Shown here: positions 62,093 to 64,000 of the stretch, in pieces
Position numbering within the stretch: the stretch's first letter is position 1
How the letters are laid out: the number at the start of each line of letters is the position of its first letter
Assembly: GCA_963796055.1 (NCBI GenBank)
Contig: CAWCKH010000004.1
Coordinates: 576,001 to 640,000, forward strand
Source of the DNA: an uncultured delta proteobacterium
Lineage (GTDB): Bacteria > Myxococcota > Myxococcia > Myxococcales > Myxococcaceae
Direction of reading: 5' to 3'
DNA: 64,000 bases
Translations under genes and position numbers: made by a program
The notes under the pieces: model-generated
Told to the model about the DNA's origin: nothing
What the model saw: only the letters and a program-made list of their open reading frames with translations
The model's database searches: none

Positions 62093-63397
62093 ATGCCCCC
62101 TCGACTTCCCCTCTTCGCCACCGCCGCCCGCGGAACGGAGGACCTCCTCGCCGAGGAGCTCGCCGAGCTCGGCGCGGTCCGGGTGCGGGCCGACCGCGGC
62201 GGGGTGCGTTTCTCCGCCAATCTCCACGAGGCGCTCCGGGTCGCCCTCTGGTCGCGCATCGCCATGCGGCTCCTCTGGCCGCTGGCGGAGACCGAGGCCC
62301 AGGGCGCGCAAGGGCTCTACGACGCCGCGCATGCGGTCGCCTGGGAGGAGCACCTCGACCGGGGCGCGACGTTCGCGGTGGAGGCCACCCTTCGCGACTC
62401 GGAGCACACCCACTCGGGGTTCGTCGCGCTGAAGATCAAGGACGCCCTCGTGGACCGCCTGCGCGAGAAACGGGGTGGTCGCCCCGACGTGGACACCCGC
62501 CGGCCCGACGTGCGCGTCGTGGCCCACCTGGCCGGCACCCGGCTCTCGCTGTCGCTCGACGTCGCCGGCGCGCCCCTGAACCAGCGTGGCTATCGTGTTC
62601 GGCCCACCGTGGCGCCGCTCAAGGAGACGCTCGCCGCGGCCATCCTCCGCGCCGTCCGCTACACCGGGGACGAGCCGCTGGTGGACCCGATGTGCGGCTC
62701 GGGGACGTTCCTCATCGAGGCCGGCTTGCTCGCGGTGCGGCGGGCGCCCTCGGTGCACCGGACGTTCGGGATCGAGCGCTGGCCCACGCTGGGCGCCGAG
62801 GCGCGGACCATCCTCGACCGGCTCCGCGCCGAGGCTCGGGCCCACGAGCGGCGCGCCCCCTTCCCCATCCGCGGCTTCGACCGCTCCGGCGAGGCGCTCG
62901 AGGCGGCCCGGGCCAACGTGCGGGCGGCCCGGCTGGAGCGGGAGATCTCCCTCGCCGAGGCCGACGCCACCCGCCCGCTCCCCCTCGGGGAGCTCGACCA
63001 CGGGGTCCTGGTGACCAATCCCCCGTACGGCGACCGGCTCACCCAGGGCGGGCAGAAGGGGATGAAGACCTTCTACTTCCACCTCGGCGAGCGGCTGGGC
63101 GCCCTCGACGGATTCCGGCTGGCCATCCTCTCCGGGAACCCGGCATTCGAGGCGGCGTTCCACCACCGGCCGCTCCGGCGCCGGTCGCTCTGGAACGGTC
63201 CCATCGAGTGCGCGCTGCTCGAGTACGCGGCGCGCGGCTCAGACCCGCGGCTCGCCTCGCCGGAGCAGCCGGCCGATGTTCCCCCGGTGCGTCCAGAGAA
63301 TCGCCAGGAACAGCGCCGTGGTCAGCGCAGCGGCAGCCAGCGGCGTCCCCGGCACGAGCCACGCCACCCCGACCGCGACGACCCCGGCAAGCAGTGA
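62093..63397 (+). CDS. rlmL: THUMP-domain rRNA m2G methyltransferase (RlmL-like)
   Basis: FATAARGTE, LNQRGYR, APLKETLAA, DPMCGSGT, NPPYG, LWNGPIEC. Confidence 0.85.
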   Translation: MPPRLPLFATAARGTEDLLAEELAELGAVRVRADRGGVRFSANLHEALRVALWSRIAMRLLWPLAETEAQGAQGLYDAAHAVAWEEHLDRGATFAVEATLRDSEHTHSGFVALKIKDALVDRLREKRGGRPDVDTRRPDVRVVAHLAGTRLSLSLDVAGAPLNQRGYRVRPTVAPLKETLAAAILRAVRYTGDEPLVDPMCGSGTFLIEAGLLAVRRAPSVHRTFGIERWPTLGAEARTILDRLRAEARAHERRAPFPIRGFDRSGEALEAARANVRAARLEREISLAEADATRPLPLGELDHGVLVTNPPYGDRLTQGGQKGMKTFYFHLGERLGALDGFRLAILSGNPAFEAAFHHRPLRRRSLWNGPIECALLEYAARGSDPRLASPEQPADVPPVRPENRQEQRRGQRSGSQRRPRHEPRHPDRDDPGKQ

Positions 63398-63820
63398 GCC
63401 CACCGAGCTGATGCGCAGCACCGCGAGCACCACGGCATAGGTCAGCACCGAGGCCAGCGCCGCCCGGGGCGCCAGGACCGCCAGGACCCCCAGCGCCGTG
63501 GCCACGCCCTTCCCTCCCCGGAACCCGAGCCAGGGCGGAGCGACGTGCCCGGCGAACGCGGCCAGCCCCACCAGCGCCGGCACCACCGGCCCCGGGGCCA
63601 CCGCGCGCGCCAGCAAGACGGGTAGCCCGCCCTTGAGCGCGTCGAGGACCAGCACCACGGCACCGAGCCCCTTCCCCGCGACGCGGGCCACGTTGGTGGC
63701 CCCGATGTTGCCGCTCCCCTCGGCGCGGACGTCCACCCCGCGCGCTGCGCGGACCAGGAGCAGCCCGAAGGGGATGCTGCCCGAGAGGTAGCCGAGCAGC
63801 ACCAGGCCGGCGGCGGTCAT
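63239..63820 (-). CDS. plsY: Glycerol-3-phosphate acyltransferase
   Basis: YLSGSIPFG, GSGNIGATNVAR, DALKG, FRGGKGVAT, HRGNIGRL...GEP. Confidence 0.95.
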   Translation of the reverse strand: MTAAGLVLLGYLSGSIPFGLLLVRAARGVDVRAEGSGNIGATNVARVAGKGLGAVVLVLDALKGGLPVLLARAVAPGPVVPALVGLAAFAGHVAPPWLGFRGGKGVATALGVLAVLAPRAALASVLTYAVVLAVLRISSVGSLLAGVVAVGVAWLVPGTPLAAAALTTALFLAILWTHRGNIGRLLRRGEPRV

Positions 63821-64000
63821 CGCCAGCCGAGGCGCGTCTGGACGATGACGAAGGCGTAGTTCGCCACCACCGCCGCCACCAGGGCCGCCCGACCGGCGCG
63901 CGCCTCCCGCGGCGACAGCTGCGGGACCGGGAGCGACAGCCGGAACACCCACTGCAGCAGGCCCAGCACCGCGGCCCCGGCGAGGAGGCAGCCCGCCAGC
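63817..64000 (-). CDS. Membrane protein, 3' part (possibly DUF2752-like)
   Basis: LAGCLLAGAAVLGLLQW...VVANYAFVIVQTRLGWR-stop, with an ATGA overlap onto plsY. Confidence 0.55.
   Translation of the reverse strand, partial: LAGCLLAGAAVLGLLQWVFRLSLPVPQLSPREARAGRAALVAAVVANYAFVIVQTRLGWR

Overview
This is a high-GC bacterial window, most consistent with a myxobacterium. The evidence is a Myxococcus-like L21, a zinc-ribbon/TPR protein beside gatCAB, Hanks-type kinases and DAG-repeat lipoproteins. Core genes include rnj, rimO, lolA, obgE-rpmA-rplU, gatCAB, ftsK, an rlmL-like gene and plsY. Accessory genes include a czcCBA-type RND efflux operon, a PAS-GGDEF cyclase, two Ser/Thr kinases, a sigma54 activator with an adjacent diiron gene, and a GNAT-PlsC-agmatinase operon. 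The best novel signal is an unannotated candidate selenoprotein at 6350-7081. It has a signal peptide, then an in-frame UGA at the first mature residue, a hairpin resembling the fdhF SECIS (GGUCU loop, upper stem 11 nt after UGA), and a predicted outer-membrane beta-barrel. Other signals are many genes collapsed by large deletions into start-plus-end stubs, a perfect 33-bp direct repeat in a 750-bp non-coding gap, and several single-base frameshifts that may be long-read errors. No rRNA, tRNA, CRISPR array or intact mobile element was seen. All family calls come from motif recognition by eye, with no database search.
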